Below are positions 1 to 9,236 of a DNA stretch of 64,000 bases, in pieces. Source of the DNA: Acidobacteriota bacterium (lineage in GTDB: Bacteria; Acidobacteriota; Aminicenantia; Aminicenantales; Saccharicenantaceae). Made by a program: the position numbers and the translations under genes. Each line of letters begins with the position of its first letter. Positions within the stretch are counted from its first letter, which is position 1. The notes below the pieces were generated by a model that was not told the DNA's origin, did no database searches, and saw nothing but the letters and a program-made list of their open reading frames with translations. The stretch is taken from assembly GCA_029553365.1 (NCBI GenBank), contig JAKPCG010000106.1, positions 1,130-65,129 on the forward strand, written 5' to 3'.

Positions 1-957
1 CTGCAGGAAGCGCTGTTGAGCGAAGTGGGGCCCGGGCTTCGGGCTGGGCAGAAGGTTTTCTTTTTTATTAACCGCAAAGGGTATGCCGGCTATCTTGTTT
101 GCCCGGCCTGTGGTTATGTGCCCAGATGCCCGACCTGCCAGATTCCCTTAATTCTAGATAAAAAGAAAAATGAGCTGGTCTGCCGTTACTGCGGGCAAAG
201 CCTTGGCCAGCAGGAAACGTGCCCTGTCTGCCATCATCCAATGAAGCCAGGAAGAATCAAAGGCAGTCAATTTCTGGTAGAGCGGTTAAAAAAGCTCCTG
301 CCTGATTTTAGCCTGGCCCTGCTGGAGGAAGGAGAGGAAAAGCCTCAAATTGAGGACAGCCTAAAAAAAATAGATTCAGGCCAGGTTCAAGTGGTAGTCG
401 GGACTGATTATGCTTTACCACGGCTTAAGCCCGGGAGCCTGTCGATGGTTATTGTTGTCGAGCCGGAAATAGGCCTTAATCTTCCTGATTTTAAAGCGGC
501 CGAAAAAACTTTTATCAGAATTTTTAAAGCCTCGGAGCTTCTCGCCAACCAGTTGTCATCGAAAATGATGGTTATTACCTCCATGCCTGATCAGCCAGCG
601 ATAAAATTTGGAGCTGAGAGAGACTACGCTGGTTTTTACCGACAAGAACTGGAATTCCGCCATCTATTAAAATATCCGCCCTTTAGTCTGCTGGTCTGTC
701 TGGCCCTGACCGGCCAGAATTTAAGGAAGGTAGCGGGCTCCGGCCGGCGTCTGGTAGAAGAACTTGCCTTGAAATTTCCCGGGCTGGAAATAATTGGCCC
801 AAAAGTTAAACCCAGACTATGGCAGAAACAGCAAAAAGAAGTGAGACTCTATTTAAGGCTGGTGGAAAACAACACCCTTCTTGCCCTTCATGAGTTTCTG
901 GAAATATTCAGCCACAGCTCCAGGCAGGTCAGGCTTTCCTGTCGACTCCTTTTTTAG
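1..957 (+). CDS. priA: Primosomal protein N' (PriA), C-terminal part; 5' end lies outside the window
   Basis: Translation carries the PriA Cys-rich zinc-binding motif (CPACGYVPRCPTCQIPLILDKKKNELVCRYCG...CPVCHHP) followed by the PriA C-terminal domain. The ORF runs off the window start. Confidence 0.85.
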   Translation: MQEALLSEVGPGLRAGQKVFFFINRKGYAGYLVCPACGYVPRCPTCQIPLILDKKKNELVCRYCGQSLGQQETCPVCHHPMKPGRIKGSQFLVERLKKLLPDFSLALLEEGEEKPQIEDSLKKIDSGQVQVVVGTDYALPRLKPGSLSMVIVVEPEIGLNLPDFKAAEKTFIRIFKASELLANQLSSKMMVITSMPDQPAIKFGAERDYAGFYRQELEFRHLLKYPPFSLLVCLALTGQNLRKVAGSGRRLVEELALKFPGLEIIGPKVKPRLWQKQQKEVRLYLRLVENNTLLALHEFLEIFSHSSRQVRLSCRLLF

Positions 958-1012
958 GCTTCAGGGACCAATCAAGACAGGCTCTTCTCGGCTAACCACT
1001 AAAAGCTATCTG

Positions 1013-1585
1013 TTATAGACTAGGAAAGTCGAGGAAACGAATCTGAATAGAAGCCACCTGACTGACATTCTTATTTCTTAAATCATGACCAAAAAACTCT
1101 AGGCGGGCAGTGCATTCCAAGACATCTGAAGTTCCCGCCAGGGCAGCCAGAGGGGCCTGGCTTTTGGCTGTCTCGGTCACTATCATCAGAGGAATGCTGA
1201 CGCTTGAACCAACAGGCAACAGCGTTGACAGGGCAGCCTCAAAATGATAGGGGACGGCCGAACCCTCAGCAGTCGAACCATCACTTCTGGTAAAAGTAAC
1301 TACATACTTGGTCAGTAAGATATCGCTATATTGAGAAGCACCATTAATCGGGTTAGGATCAAGCATCGCTGATCTCAAGGTGGCGGTAACAAAATCAGGC
1401 AGACCGTTACTGATATCAGAGAAAGCAACGGCCGAATCATTACCAGAAATATCCTTGCCCATGATGCTTTCGACAACAATAAAGCTGCTGGAATCAGAAT
1501 CATTTTCAATTGGGTTGCAGGAAAACAACAACAAGGCCAGGGTCAAAATGCTGACTATTTTAAAAGATAGTGTTAGCTTACTCAT
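1013..1585 (-). CDS. Hypothetical lipoprotein (signal peptide with LFSC lipobox), 19 bp downstream of pilQ
   Basis: N-terminus MSKLTLSFKIVSILTLALLLFSC has a lipobox Cys. It is Ser/Asp-rich with no recognisable domain, and lies on the same strand immediately after pilQ. Confidence 0.55.
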   Translation of the reverse strand: MSKLTLSFKIVSILTLALLLFSCNPIENDSDSSSFIVVESIMGKDISGNDSAVAFSDISNGLPDFVTATLRSAMLDPNPINGASQYSDILLTKYVVTFTRSDGSTAEGSAVPYHFEAALSTLLPVGSSVSIPLMIVTETAKSQAPLAALAGTSDVLECTARLEFFGHDLRNKNVSQVASIQIRFLDFPSL

Positions 1586-1604
1586 CTTGGTTTTCTCCTT
1601 CTGG

Positions 1605-3926
1605 TTATTTCATAATCCTGGGAGTTATAAAGATCAGCAACTCCCTGTTCTGACGGGTTCTGGCGAAGGATCTGAAGAGAGTTCCCAGAATTGGAATATT
1701 GTTGAGGTAAGGAGTCTTGTCTCTGGTAATTGAATCTTCTGTCCTGTAGATTCCGCCAATGACCGTTGTACCTCCGTCCGGTACCATGACTGTCGTTTTG
1801 GCGCTCTGGGTCGTAATGGGGGGAATGCCGTTAACCAGGTTGGCAAAATCAGCCGCATTGTTCTGAATTTCTATGTTCATGATGATCGTGCCTTCAGCTG
1901 TAATCTGGGGGGTGGCTCTCAGTTCCAGGGCAGCATTGACATACCTGGTGGTCACGGTGAAGTTGGCAACGGTCTGCACCGGGATCTGTCGGCCCTGAAT
2001 GATCTCTGCTGCCTGGTTATTCTGAGTAGTAACTTTTGGTGAGGAAATAATCCGGCCATTACCTGAAGTTTCGAGTCCTGATAAAGCCACATCGAGTCTG
2101 AAAGTGTCAAGAACATTGGCGAAGGAAAAACCAACCGCGGTATTAAAGGCTGGAGCCGGCAAATTAACAGCGTACCCACCAAGTGGCCCGCCGATACCTT
2201 TGGTGACAATGCCCTGAGGAATCATGGCCCCATCTAATTGAATTTTATTGGGGAAGGATATGGAAGTCTGATTGCCATAGAAAGGATCAGCAATACCCTT
2301 AAAACCCCATTGAATTCCCAGATTTTTAATAAAGGTTGAGGTAGCCTCGACTATTCTGGCTTCAATGGAGACCTGGGGAGTTGGAGTATCAAGGACACCT
2401 ATTAATTTTTCCAGCAGCTCCATGCGGTCTCTAACTTCTGAGATAATCAGGGTATTGGTTCTTTCGTCGATGACGATTTCGCCATTTCTGGACAGTTTAC
2501 TTTTCAACAGGCTCTGAACATCTCTGGCTTTAGAGTAAGACAGGGTTACGGTCTTAACCTGGATCGGGCCGGCCAGCTCTTTACTTTCCTGAATTCTTCT
2601 TATGTCTTCATCTTCTCTGGCCAGGACATCAACCGGAGCAATTCTTAAAACGTTGCCTTCAATGGTTTTGCCAAGTTTGTTCTGTTTTAAGACCACATCA
2701 AGAGCCTGATCCCAGGGAACAGCCTGCAAATTGCAAGAGACGCTTCCTCTGACTTCGGGATCAAAGATCACATTTAAACCGGCTAGATCGGCCAGGAAGA
2801 GAATCACATCTCTGATATCAGCATCTTTAAATTTCAGGCTTATAATTTCGCCTGTATATTTTTCTTCACTGGATTGAATGACTCTTGGTTTAAATTTTTC
2901 CTGCTGGGGCTGGGCCTGTTCAGGAGTCGAGCTGGCTCTTGATTTCTTGGGTGCTGGTTCCGCTTCAATTTTGGCCTCTGCCGGCTGGGGTTTGATTTTG
3001 ACCGGATCAGGTGTGGCCGGAACTTCTTCTTTCACTTCTCTGGTCGAAGCGGGAACAGGTAGAGCATTGGCCAGGGAGGAGTTAGCTACCGCGCGAACAG
3101 GACTTTCCTCTTTGGAAGTAACTTTATTGCTGGCAGTCAAAACATCCTCTGGAGAATAAAAGGTAATGTTCAACCCCTCAGTTGAATTGTCGAGAGAATA
3201 CCAGCCCGCCTCCTTCAGTTCAAAAACCAGCCTGGTTATCGGGCAAGGGTCAGCCTGCTTGAATTGTCCAACTCGGACTTTGTCCACTTTGGCCTGGCCT
3301 ACCTGATAGGACTCACTGCCTCTTGGATACTGAGTATTAAGCAGGTCTACGACCAGACGATCCGGGTTGTTAAGAGCAAAAGTCTGAAAAGGAGCTTCTC
3401 CACTCAGGGAAATTTTGAAATGGACCTTACCCGGTTTGGTCTCAACTTTCATCTCACTGAAATAAACCTGGCTTTCCTTCTTGAGTAAGTTATTTAAGGC
3501 CGGATCCAGCGGATAATCGGCTGCTTTCAGAAATTCATTCAGTTCAATAAATAATTTTCCCTGTTCGAGACCGAGACGATAGGGTACTTTTTCCTTTAAT
3601 GACAATAAGACCTTAAGATTTTCACCAGCTGGTTCAACCCGGATTTCCCTGACCAGGCGACCATCAACTGATTGCCGGGCTGGAATTTCTATTGGCCTGA
3701 CGCCACTTAACTCCAAAACAAGAACCGGGGGAGTCTCGGAAATATAGGCAGCCTGCCGGACGGTGAGGGGCTTATCAGCTATCATCACGACCCTGGTTGA
3801 TAAAGTCCCCGGTATGATCTCTATTTTACTAAGATCGGTAGCGGCTGGAGCCGCCTGGAGAGCCAGACCGGGCACCATAATCAGATTTATTATGGCCAGT
3901 GCCAGCCAAAGATTTTTCCTTTTCAT
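1605..3926 (-). CDS. pilQ: Type IV pilus secretin PilQ (AMIN domains, Pro/Ala/Glu/Lys-rich linker, N0 domain, secretin domain)
   Basis: C-terminal secretin signature (VIGGIYRTEDSITRDKTPYLNNIPILGTLFRS...RELLIFITPRI). Start moved to the internal ATG (MKRKNLWLALAI...), which has a GGAGGAG RBS 7 nt upstream and sits 1 nt after the pilP stop. Confidence 0.85.
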   Translation of the reverse strand: MKRKNLWLALAIINLIMVPGLALQAAPAATDLSKIEIIPGTLSTRVVMIADKPLTVRQAAYISETPPVLVLELSGVRPIEIPARQSVDGRLVREIRVEPAGENLKVLLSLKEKVPYRLGLEQGKLFIELNEFLKAADYPLDPALNNLLKKESQVYFSEMKVETKPGKVHFKISLSGEAPFQTFALNNPDRLVVDLLNTQYPRGSESYQVGQAKVDKVRVGQFKQADPCPITRLVFELKEAGWYSLDNSTEGLNITFYSPEDVLTASNKVTSKEESPVRAVANSSLANALPVPASTREVKEEVPATPDPVKIKPQPAEAKIEAEPAPKKSRASSTPEQAQPQQEKFKPRVIQSSEEKYTGEIISLKFKDADIRDVILFLADLAGLNVIFDPEVRGSVSCNLQAVPWDQALDVVLKQNKLGKTIEGNVLRIAPVDVLAREDEDIRRIQESKELAGPIQVKTVTLSYSKARDVQSLLKSKLSRNGEIVIDERTNTLIISEVRDRMELLEKLIGVLDTPTPQVSIEARIVEATSTFIKNLGIQWGFKGIADPFYGNQTSISFPNKIQLDGAMIPQGIVTKGIGGPLGGYAVNLPAPAFNTAVGFSFANVLDTFRLDVALSGLETSGNGRIISSPKVTTQNNQAAEIIQGRQIPVQTVANFTVTTRYVNAALELRATPQITAEGTIIMNIEIQNNAADFANLVNGIPPITTQSAKTTVMVPDGGTTVIGGIYRTEDSITRDKTPYLNNIPILGTLFRSFARTRQNRELLIFITPRIMK

Positions 3927-3927
3927 G

Positions 3928-4416
3928 TTAACGCTCCTCCGGATTGATTTCTTTAACCACATTTATAGGCCTCATCAGGGGAAAGCCCCTATCATGAGTC
4001 TTTCTAAAAATCACCTGGGACGAATTGATATCAAAGATATAACCATCGGCTAACTTATCCCCGACTTTCAAAAAATAAGGCATTTGCTGGGGCCCGCTGA
4101 TAATGGCTACATAGCTTTTCTGGGTTTTGACAATGCCAACCAGAGTCGCATTCTCGATGGTGAGCTGTCCGCCCTCGGCTGAAGCCGGACCGCTGACCCG
4201 TCCCTTTCCGATCAAGTCTTTGAATGGATCCCGGCGGCCACCCGGATCATAAGAGGCCAGAGGTCTGAGATTATCAAGGGTAGGCGTAATAGTGGTGGTA
4301 GTGGCTGTTGACTGTTGATCGGTTTTCATGGTTTCTTGGGCCTGTCCGGCACTAAAAAGACCAATTCCTGCTATTAAGCTTAATACCAGAATAAAATTTA
4401 TCGTCTTGTTCTTCAT
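3928..4416 (-). CDS. pilP: PilP-like pilus assembly protein (signal peptide, no lipobox Cys)
   Basis: Position between pilO and pilQ, about 160 aa, secreted, beta-rich C-terminus. Start moved to MKNKTINFIL (ATG at 4416), 2 nt downstream of the pilO stop. Confidence 0.55.
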   Translation of the reverse strand: MKNKTINFILVLSLIAGIGLFSAGQAQETMKTDQQSTATTTTITPTLDNLRPLASYDPGGRRDPFKDLIGKGRVSGPASAEGGQLTIENATLVGIVKTQKSYVAIISGPQQMPYFLKVGDKLADGYIFDINSSQVIFRKTHDRGFPLMRPINVVKEINPEER

Positions 4417-4420
4417 GTTT

Positions 4421-5002
4421 TTACCTCTGCGCTCTGGTAGGGGTGGCGGTTTTAGCTGCAGCTGGCTGCTCTTCAAGGAAATAATAGGTAGTGGCCACGA
4501 ATTTGGCGCCGATTGTCAACTCATCTGTCTGGTTATTCAGAGCGGTAATAGAAAAATTATTGACATTAAATAAACGAGAAAATTTGCTGAGCTTATCAAA
4601 GAAGATGCCCAGATTGTGATAGGTGCCAGAAATTTCAATATTGATCGGCCATTCTGCATAAAAATCTTTATTAACTTCGCCCCTGGGCTGGAATCTGAGA
4701 ACATTTAATCGCGAATCATAGGCCAATTGCTGAATCCTGCGCAGGATGTCGGCAATTTCTTTTTTCTGGGGGATAATCTGTTCGAGGTCTTTAAGAGTGG
4801 CATTAAGAACGACCAGCTCTGCTTCTATTTTATCCAGTTCTTTTTTTTGCTCTTTCAACACTTCTACTTCCTTTTCGAGTTTCATCCTCGACTCGCGCAG
4901 ACTCTGTATTTCAGCATTGCGCGGTTTAAAGAAGAAAAAGAAAACCAGAGCAAAAATAATTACTGCCAGTAACAGGTATCCATACCATGGCCAGTTTCTC
5001 AT
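4421..5002 (-). CDS. pilO: Type IV pilus assembly protein PilO
   Basis: N-terminal transmembrane segment, coiled coil and C-terminal domain typical of PilO. Sits in pilMNOPQ order. Confidence 0.7.
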   Translation of the reverse strand: MRNWPWYGYLLLAVIIFALVFFFFFKPRNAEIQSLRESRMKLEKEVEVLKEQKKELDKIEAELVVLNATLKDLEQIIPQKKEIADILRRIQQLAYDSRLNVLRFQPRGEVNKDFYAEWPINIEISGTYHNLGIFFDKLSKFSRLFNVNNFSITALNNQTDELTIGAKFVATTYYFLEEQPAAAKTATPTRAQR

Positions 5003-5637
5003 GATGCTCTCCTTCTTGTTGACTGAGGAGTGGTCCTGGGTTTCGGCTGTTCAACCGCTGGCGGTTGAGGCTTGTTAACGGGGACAGTCAGATTGAATTC
5101 CAGAAAAACAGCTCCTCCCTGAGACTTTTGAGTTGAATCTATCAGGTTAACCTGGCCAAAAGTCTCGCTGCGTTCAAGGTTAGTGATAAAATCAGCAATG
5201 AGATTATTGGAGATGGCATTCCCCTTAAGCTTGAGTGTCTGGCCATCGTAGCTGGCTTCTTTCAGCCAGACATAATCGGGCAAGCGGCGATTAATCTCAT
5301 CCATAATTCTGACTGCAATGTCCTGGTTGCTCTTCAGCTGCCTGATCAGGTTGATTTTGAGCTCGAGCTGAGCCTTCTGGTTTTTGACTTCTTCCAGTTT
5401 AGCCACCACATACTGCAGCTGGCTTTTTTCCTGCTGGGCCTGCTCGATCAATTGTTTTTCCTTCTGCATTTCCCAGTTCTGATAGAAATAATAACCGGCC
5501 AGGCTGACCAGCAAGATCAGGAAGATAATAGTGCCCAAGCTGGTCTTTTTTCTTTCCTTGGCTACCTTAGGTAAGCCGGCTGCGGCCGGTTCCCTGACTT
5601 CCTTGACTTCCGGTTTTAATAAATTAATCCTGATCAT
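4999..5637 (-). CDS. pilN: Type IV pilus assembly protein PilN
   Basis: MIRINLLKPE N-terminus, single transmembrane segment and coiled coil. The start of the downstream pilO gene overlaps its stop by 4 nt (ATGA). Confidence 0.7.
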   Translation of the reverse strand: MIRINLLKPEVKEVREPAAAGLPKVAKERKKTSLGTIIFLILLVSLAGYYFYQNWEMQKEKQLIEQAQQEKSQLQYVVAKLEEVKNQKAQLELKINLIRQLKSNQDIAVRIMDEINRRLPDYVWLKEASYDGQTLKLKGNAISNNLIADFITNLERSETFGQVNLIDSTQKSQGGAVFLEFNLTVPVNKPQPPAVEQPKPRTTPQSTRRRAS

Positions 5638-5640
5638 GGC

Positions 5641-6717
5641 TCATTTCTCTGCCTTTCTCGTTGAAAGTCCAACTGCTACCCCGAAGACCGGGGCCATTTC
5701 GTTGAAATAGATGGAATCAAACTTTTTCTCGTCGTATTTGATCATTTTGAAAGGATTAAATAGCTCGGTTTTAATTCTGAATTTCAGCTCAAAAGCACTG
5801 ACCATATTAGGAATAAGAGCCAGACCGCCGCTGAGTAAAATCTGCTCAATCCGCCGATCTCTTTTTTCTCCGGCCTCATAAAAAGAAAAAGTCTTTTCCA
5901 TCTCATCCAGTAAATCTCTGATGTTCATGGTCAAAACAGCAGCAAATTGATCAGCATTAATATTTTTCCCGGGGATACCCTTTAAAGCTGCTTCGGCCTC
6001 TTCAAAGCTGATATTTAATTCCTTTCTGATATTTTCGGTGAAGAAATAACCCCCCAGGGACAGATCCCGGAAAAGCTGAGGTACTCCTCTTTCCACGATG
6101 CCAACATTGGTTATATTGGCACCCATATTTATAATGGCCACAGTCTTTTCTTTAAAGATTTCAGGATAGTTAACCTCAAAAGCATTAATCAGAGAAAAGA
6201 TGTCCACTTCAATCGCCACCAGGTTCTTCCTGGCCATCGAAATGGCATTACTGTAGTTGGCAATTTTATCTTTTTTGGCCGCTACCAGGAGGATATCAAC
6301 ATTTCCTTCTGGCGTGCGAGGTGATTTGAGAACAGCGTAATCAACGTTAGTTTCCTCGTAGGGATAGGGTATATTGTGTTTGGCTTCCCAGATAATTGAT
6401 TCCGCCAGCTCCTGTGAATCCATGTTAGGTAAGGAAATCTTCTTGATAATGACTGAGTTGCCTGAGATGGAAATAGCCACATCCTTATTGGTGATCTTGG
6501 CATTATCAAAAAGCAGTTTAATGGTTTCACTGACTGCCGTCGAGTCGATAATAGTGCCTTCCACAATGGCATCATGAGGAAGTGGCTCATAACCTATCTT
6601 CTGAACTTCATATTGAACACCTTCGTTTTTCTCTTTAATCTTTAATTCTACTGCCTTTACCGAGTAGGACCCGATATCGAGGCCCACCAAACTCTTTTCT
6701 TTGGCCAAACCAAACAT
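5641..6717 (-). CDS. pilM: Type IV pilus assembly ATPase-fold protein PilM (actin-like)
   Basis: MFGLAKEKSLVGLDIGSYSVKAVEL; FtsA/actin-like fold motifs. Immediately downstream of coaD. Confidence 0.85.
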   Translation of the reverse strand: MFGLAKEKSLVGLDIGSYSVKAVELKIKEKNEGVQYEVQKIGYEPLPHDAIVEGTIIDSTAVSETIKLLFDNAKITNKDVAISISGNSVIIKKISLPNMDSQELAESIIWEAKHNIPYPYEETNVDYAVLKSPRTPEGNVDILLVAAKKDKIANYSNAISMARKNLVAIEVDIFSLINAFEVNYPEIFKEKTVAIINMGANITNVGIVERGVPQLFRDLSLGGYFFTENIRKELNISFEEAEAALKGIPGKNINADQFAAVLTMNIRDLLDEMEKTFSFYEAGEKRDRRIEQILLSGGLALIPNMVSAFELKFRIKTELFNPFKMIKYDEKKFDSIYFNEMAPVFGVAVGLSTRKAEK

Positions 6718-6719
6718 GT

Positions 6720-7220
6720 TTACCGCCTTTTTCTCTTAGAATTGGATAATTTATTCTTTAAGGCCTCCTCCACCAGAGGAGGCACCAGCCCTTTGACGCA
6801 ACCGCCCAGCTGAAAAGCTTCTCTGACTAGATTTGAACTCAAAAAAGAATACTTCAAGCTGGGCATCATGAATAATGTCTCAATATCTCCAGCTAGCTTC
6901 CTGTTCATTAAAGCCATCTGGAACTCATACTCGAAGTCTGATATGGCCCTTAATCCCCTGATGACTATATTTACTTTATTCTGATGGGCAAAGTCAACCA
7001 GCAGGCCGCTAAAGCTTTTGACTTCGACCGCCCGGTCGTTGGCAAATACCTGCTCGATTAATTCCACCCTTTCCTCTGTGGAAAAGAATGGAGTCTTTTT
7101 AGGATTATCCAGGACACCCACAATTATTGAGTCGAAAATCTTCTTTCCCCGTTGAATAATATCGACGTGGCCATTAGTAATCGGGTCAAAAGACCCTGGA
7201 TAAATTGCCTTTCTTTCCAT
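6720..7220 (-). CDS. coaD: Phosphopantetheine adenylyltransferase
   Basis: MERKAIYPGSFDPITNGHVDII..., the canonical CoaD nucleotidyltransferase motif. AAGAGGAA RBS upstream. Confidence 0.9.
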   Translation of the reverse strand: MERKAIYPGSFDPITNGHVDIIQRGKKIFDSIIVGVLDNPKKTPFFSTEERVELIEQVFANDRAVEVKSFSGLLVDFAHQNKVNIVIRGLRAISDFEYEFQMALMNRKLAGDIETLFMMPSLKYSFLSSNLVREAFQLGGCVKGLVPPLVEEALKNKLSNSKRKRR

Positions 7221-7252
7221 TTAGATTTTCAGTTCCTCTTACACTTGCTTAT

Positions 7253-7281
7253 CAATTATCAAAAAAGATTTCCCTTGTCAA
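7253..7281 (-). promoter_or_regulatory. Candidate sigma70 promoter for the coaD-pilMNOPQ operon (TTGACA, 17 nt, TAATTG)
   Basis: On the minus strand: TTGACAagggaaatcttttttgaTAATTG, about 30 nt upstream of the coaD RBS and ATG. Confidence 0.3.
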
Positions 7282-7497
7282 ACAATATTTTGGCAAAATA
7301 CTGGCCGGTTTTTGACTCATGCTTTTAGCTTAATCAGGGCGCCTGCCTGGTCAATCACCGCTGGTGGTTAGAACGATGATGATTTTTACCTGTCCTGGAT
7401 CATCATCAAGGGTGAGTCAAATTCTGGACAGCTGCTGGCTGTAGCCGTTGCTTTAATCTTTTTCTTGTGGTAGTTTTAACTTAAAATAAGAAGAAAC

Positions 7498-8898
7498 ATG
7501 ATCAGGTTTGGTACATCTGGCTGGCGGGCAGTGATGGGTGAGGAGTTCACCTTTAACAATGTTCGCCGGGTGGTTCAGGCCATTGCCAACTATTTTAAGC
7601 AAAAATTTGCCGGCGAGAACATTTCCCTGGTGGTTGGCTATGATACCAGATTTCTGTCCGAGAGATTTGCCCAGGAAGCAGCCTGCCTCCTTTCCAGAAA
7701 CAAGATTCATGTCTATCTGACCGAACGCGATTGCCCATCGCAGGCGCTGGCCTATCAAATTATCCGGGGAGGCCAATCTGGGGGCATAAATTTCACTGCT
7801 TCTTTTAATCCACCCAAGTTTAACGGCTTGAAGTTCAATGTAGAAACCGGAGCGCCGGCTCTACCGGAGGTGACTGATCTGATTGAAAAAGAGGTGGAGC
7901 GAATAAGAGCAGAAGAGGTTATTCCTCGATATTATCCCGACAGTTCCTATATTCATCCGGTCGATCTTCAGTCTGGTTATCTGGAATTTCTGCAAAAGAA
8001 AGTGGATTTTGAAGTAATTAAAAAGAGCGGGATCAAAATCGGGATTGATCTTCTGTTTGGCACCAGCCGGGAATATCTGGATGAAATTCTGGAAGAAAAT
8101 GGTATTCCGATTGAGGTCATTCATGGCTACATCGATCCCTACTTTGGAGGTATTTCTCCTGCCTGTACTGAAAAAAATTTGGCCGAACTGAAGAAACTGG
8201 TGACTGCCCGGGGTTGTACTCTGGGATTGGCTACTGATGCTGATGGAGATCGCTTTGGACTGGTTGATGAACGGGGAAAGGTTGTTATTGCTAATTATGT
8301 GCTGGCTCTGCTGCTGGAATATCTTTTGAGGGTTAAGGGCTGGCGGGGCGGGGTGGCCAGGTCTGTCACCACCACTCATCTTCTTGACCGCATTGCCAGA
8401 AATTATGATTTGCCAGTTTACCGGACGCCAGTTGGCTTTAAATACCTGGCAGACCTTTTTATTCAGGGCAGGATAATATTTGGCGGGGAGGAAAGCGCTT
8501 GTCTGGCAGTCAAAGATCATCTGCCGGAAAAGGATGGTATCTTTGCCGGGTTGCTGGTAGCTGAAATGATAGCTGTCTATGGTGAAAGTCTGACCGAACT
8601 GCTGGGCAGATTGTTTAAAAAATACGGCAAAATGGTTGGTGCTCAAACCAACCTTGACCTTTCGCCTGGAATTTCCAGGCGGCTCAATGAACTTATAAAA
8701 AATCCTCCAGACCAGGTAGGTCGGAGGAGGGTCGTGTCGGTCGAAACTATGGATGGCCTGAAGCTGGTTTTTTCTGGAGATAGCTGGCTTACCCTGAGAT
8801 TCTCTGGCACCGAACCTGTTATCCGCTGTTACAGTGAAGCTGAGACCAGGCGGGAGGCTCAAGCCTTACTGAAGCTGGGAGTCAGGCTCCTATGTTAA
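7498..8898 (+). CDS. Phosphoglucomutase/phosphomannomutase-family phosphohexomutase (active-site loop reads TASFNP instead of TASHNP)
   Basis: Family motifs are present: the Ser loop TASFNP, the metal loop DADGDR, the sugar loop GEES, and the phosphate site RFSGTEP. Confidence 0.85.
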   Translation: MIRFGTSGWRAVMGEEFTFNNVRRVVQAIANYFKQKFAGENISLVVGYDTRFLSERFAQEAACLLSRNKIHVYLTERDCPSQALAYQIIRGGQSGGINFTASFNPPKFNGLKFNVETGAPALPEVTDLIEKEVERIRAEEVIPRYYPDSSYIHPVDLQSGYLEFLQKKVDFEVIKKSGIKIGIDLLFGTSREYLDEILEENGIPIEVIHGYIDPYFGGISPACTEKNLAELKKLVTARGCTLGLATDADGDRFGLVDERGKVVIANYVLALLLEYLLRVKGWRGGVARSVTTTHLLDRIARNYDLPVYRTPVGFKYLADLFIQGRIIFGGEESACLAVKDHLPEKDGIFAGLLVAEMIAVYGESLTELLGRLFKKYGKMVGAQTNLDLSPGISRRLNELIKNPPDQVGRRRVVSVETMDGLKLVFSGDSWLTLRFSGTEPVIRCYSEAETRREAQALLKLGVRLLC

Positions 8899-9236
8899 AG
8901 GCGACTTCGGCTAAGACCAAGAGTCCTGTCGGCCAGAAGTTGCTATATCTGATTGCGGCTATTTTGCTTCTGGCCAGCCTGGTCACCACCTTTTTTGGGA
9001 AGAAGGGCTTTCTTGATATACAAAAACAGAAAAAAAGATATAGTGAACTTGCGGCTCAAATCAAAGAATATGACCGGAAGATAGGAGAGTTAAAAGCCGA
9101 GATAGAAGATCTTCAGACCAATCCACTGGCTCTGGACAAAGAAGCCAGGGAAAGGCTCTGGCTGATCAAACCTGAAGAAAAACTCATTATCAGAAAAAAA
9201 ACAGAAAGTTCAGGGCAGCCAGCTGCCGGGCATTAA
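8892..9236 (+). CDS. ftsB: Septum formation initiator (FtsB/DivIC-like) small coiled-coil membrane protein
   Basis: One N-terminal transmembrane segment followed by a coiled coil (ELAAQIKEYDRKIGELKAEIEDLQ...). Overlaps the phosphohexomutase stop by 7 nt. Confidence 0.6.
   Translation: MLKATSAKTKSPVGQKLLYLIAAILLLASLVTTFFGKKGFLDIQKQKKRYSELAAQIKEYDRKIGELKAEIEDLQTNPLALDKEARERLWLIKPEEKLIIRKKTESSGQPAAGH

Noticed and set aside
2878-3159. 93-aa plus-strand ORF inside pilQ
   Set aside because: Antisense to the Pro/Ala-rich linker of PilQ; Gly/Ala/Ser-rich shadow translation.
7861-8862. 333-aa ORF on the minus strand
   Set aside because: It is antisense to the phosphohexomutase gene, which carries all four family motifs. 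Low-complexity translation; a shadow ORF.
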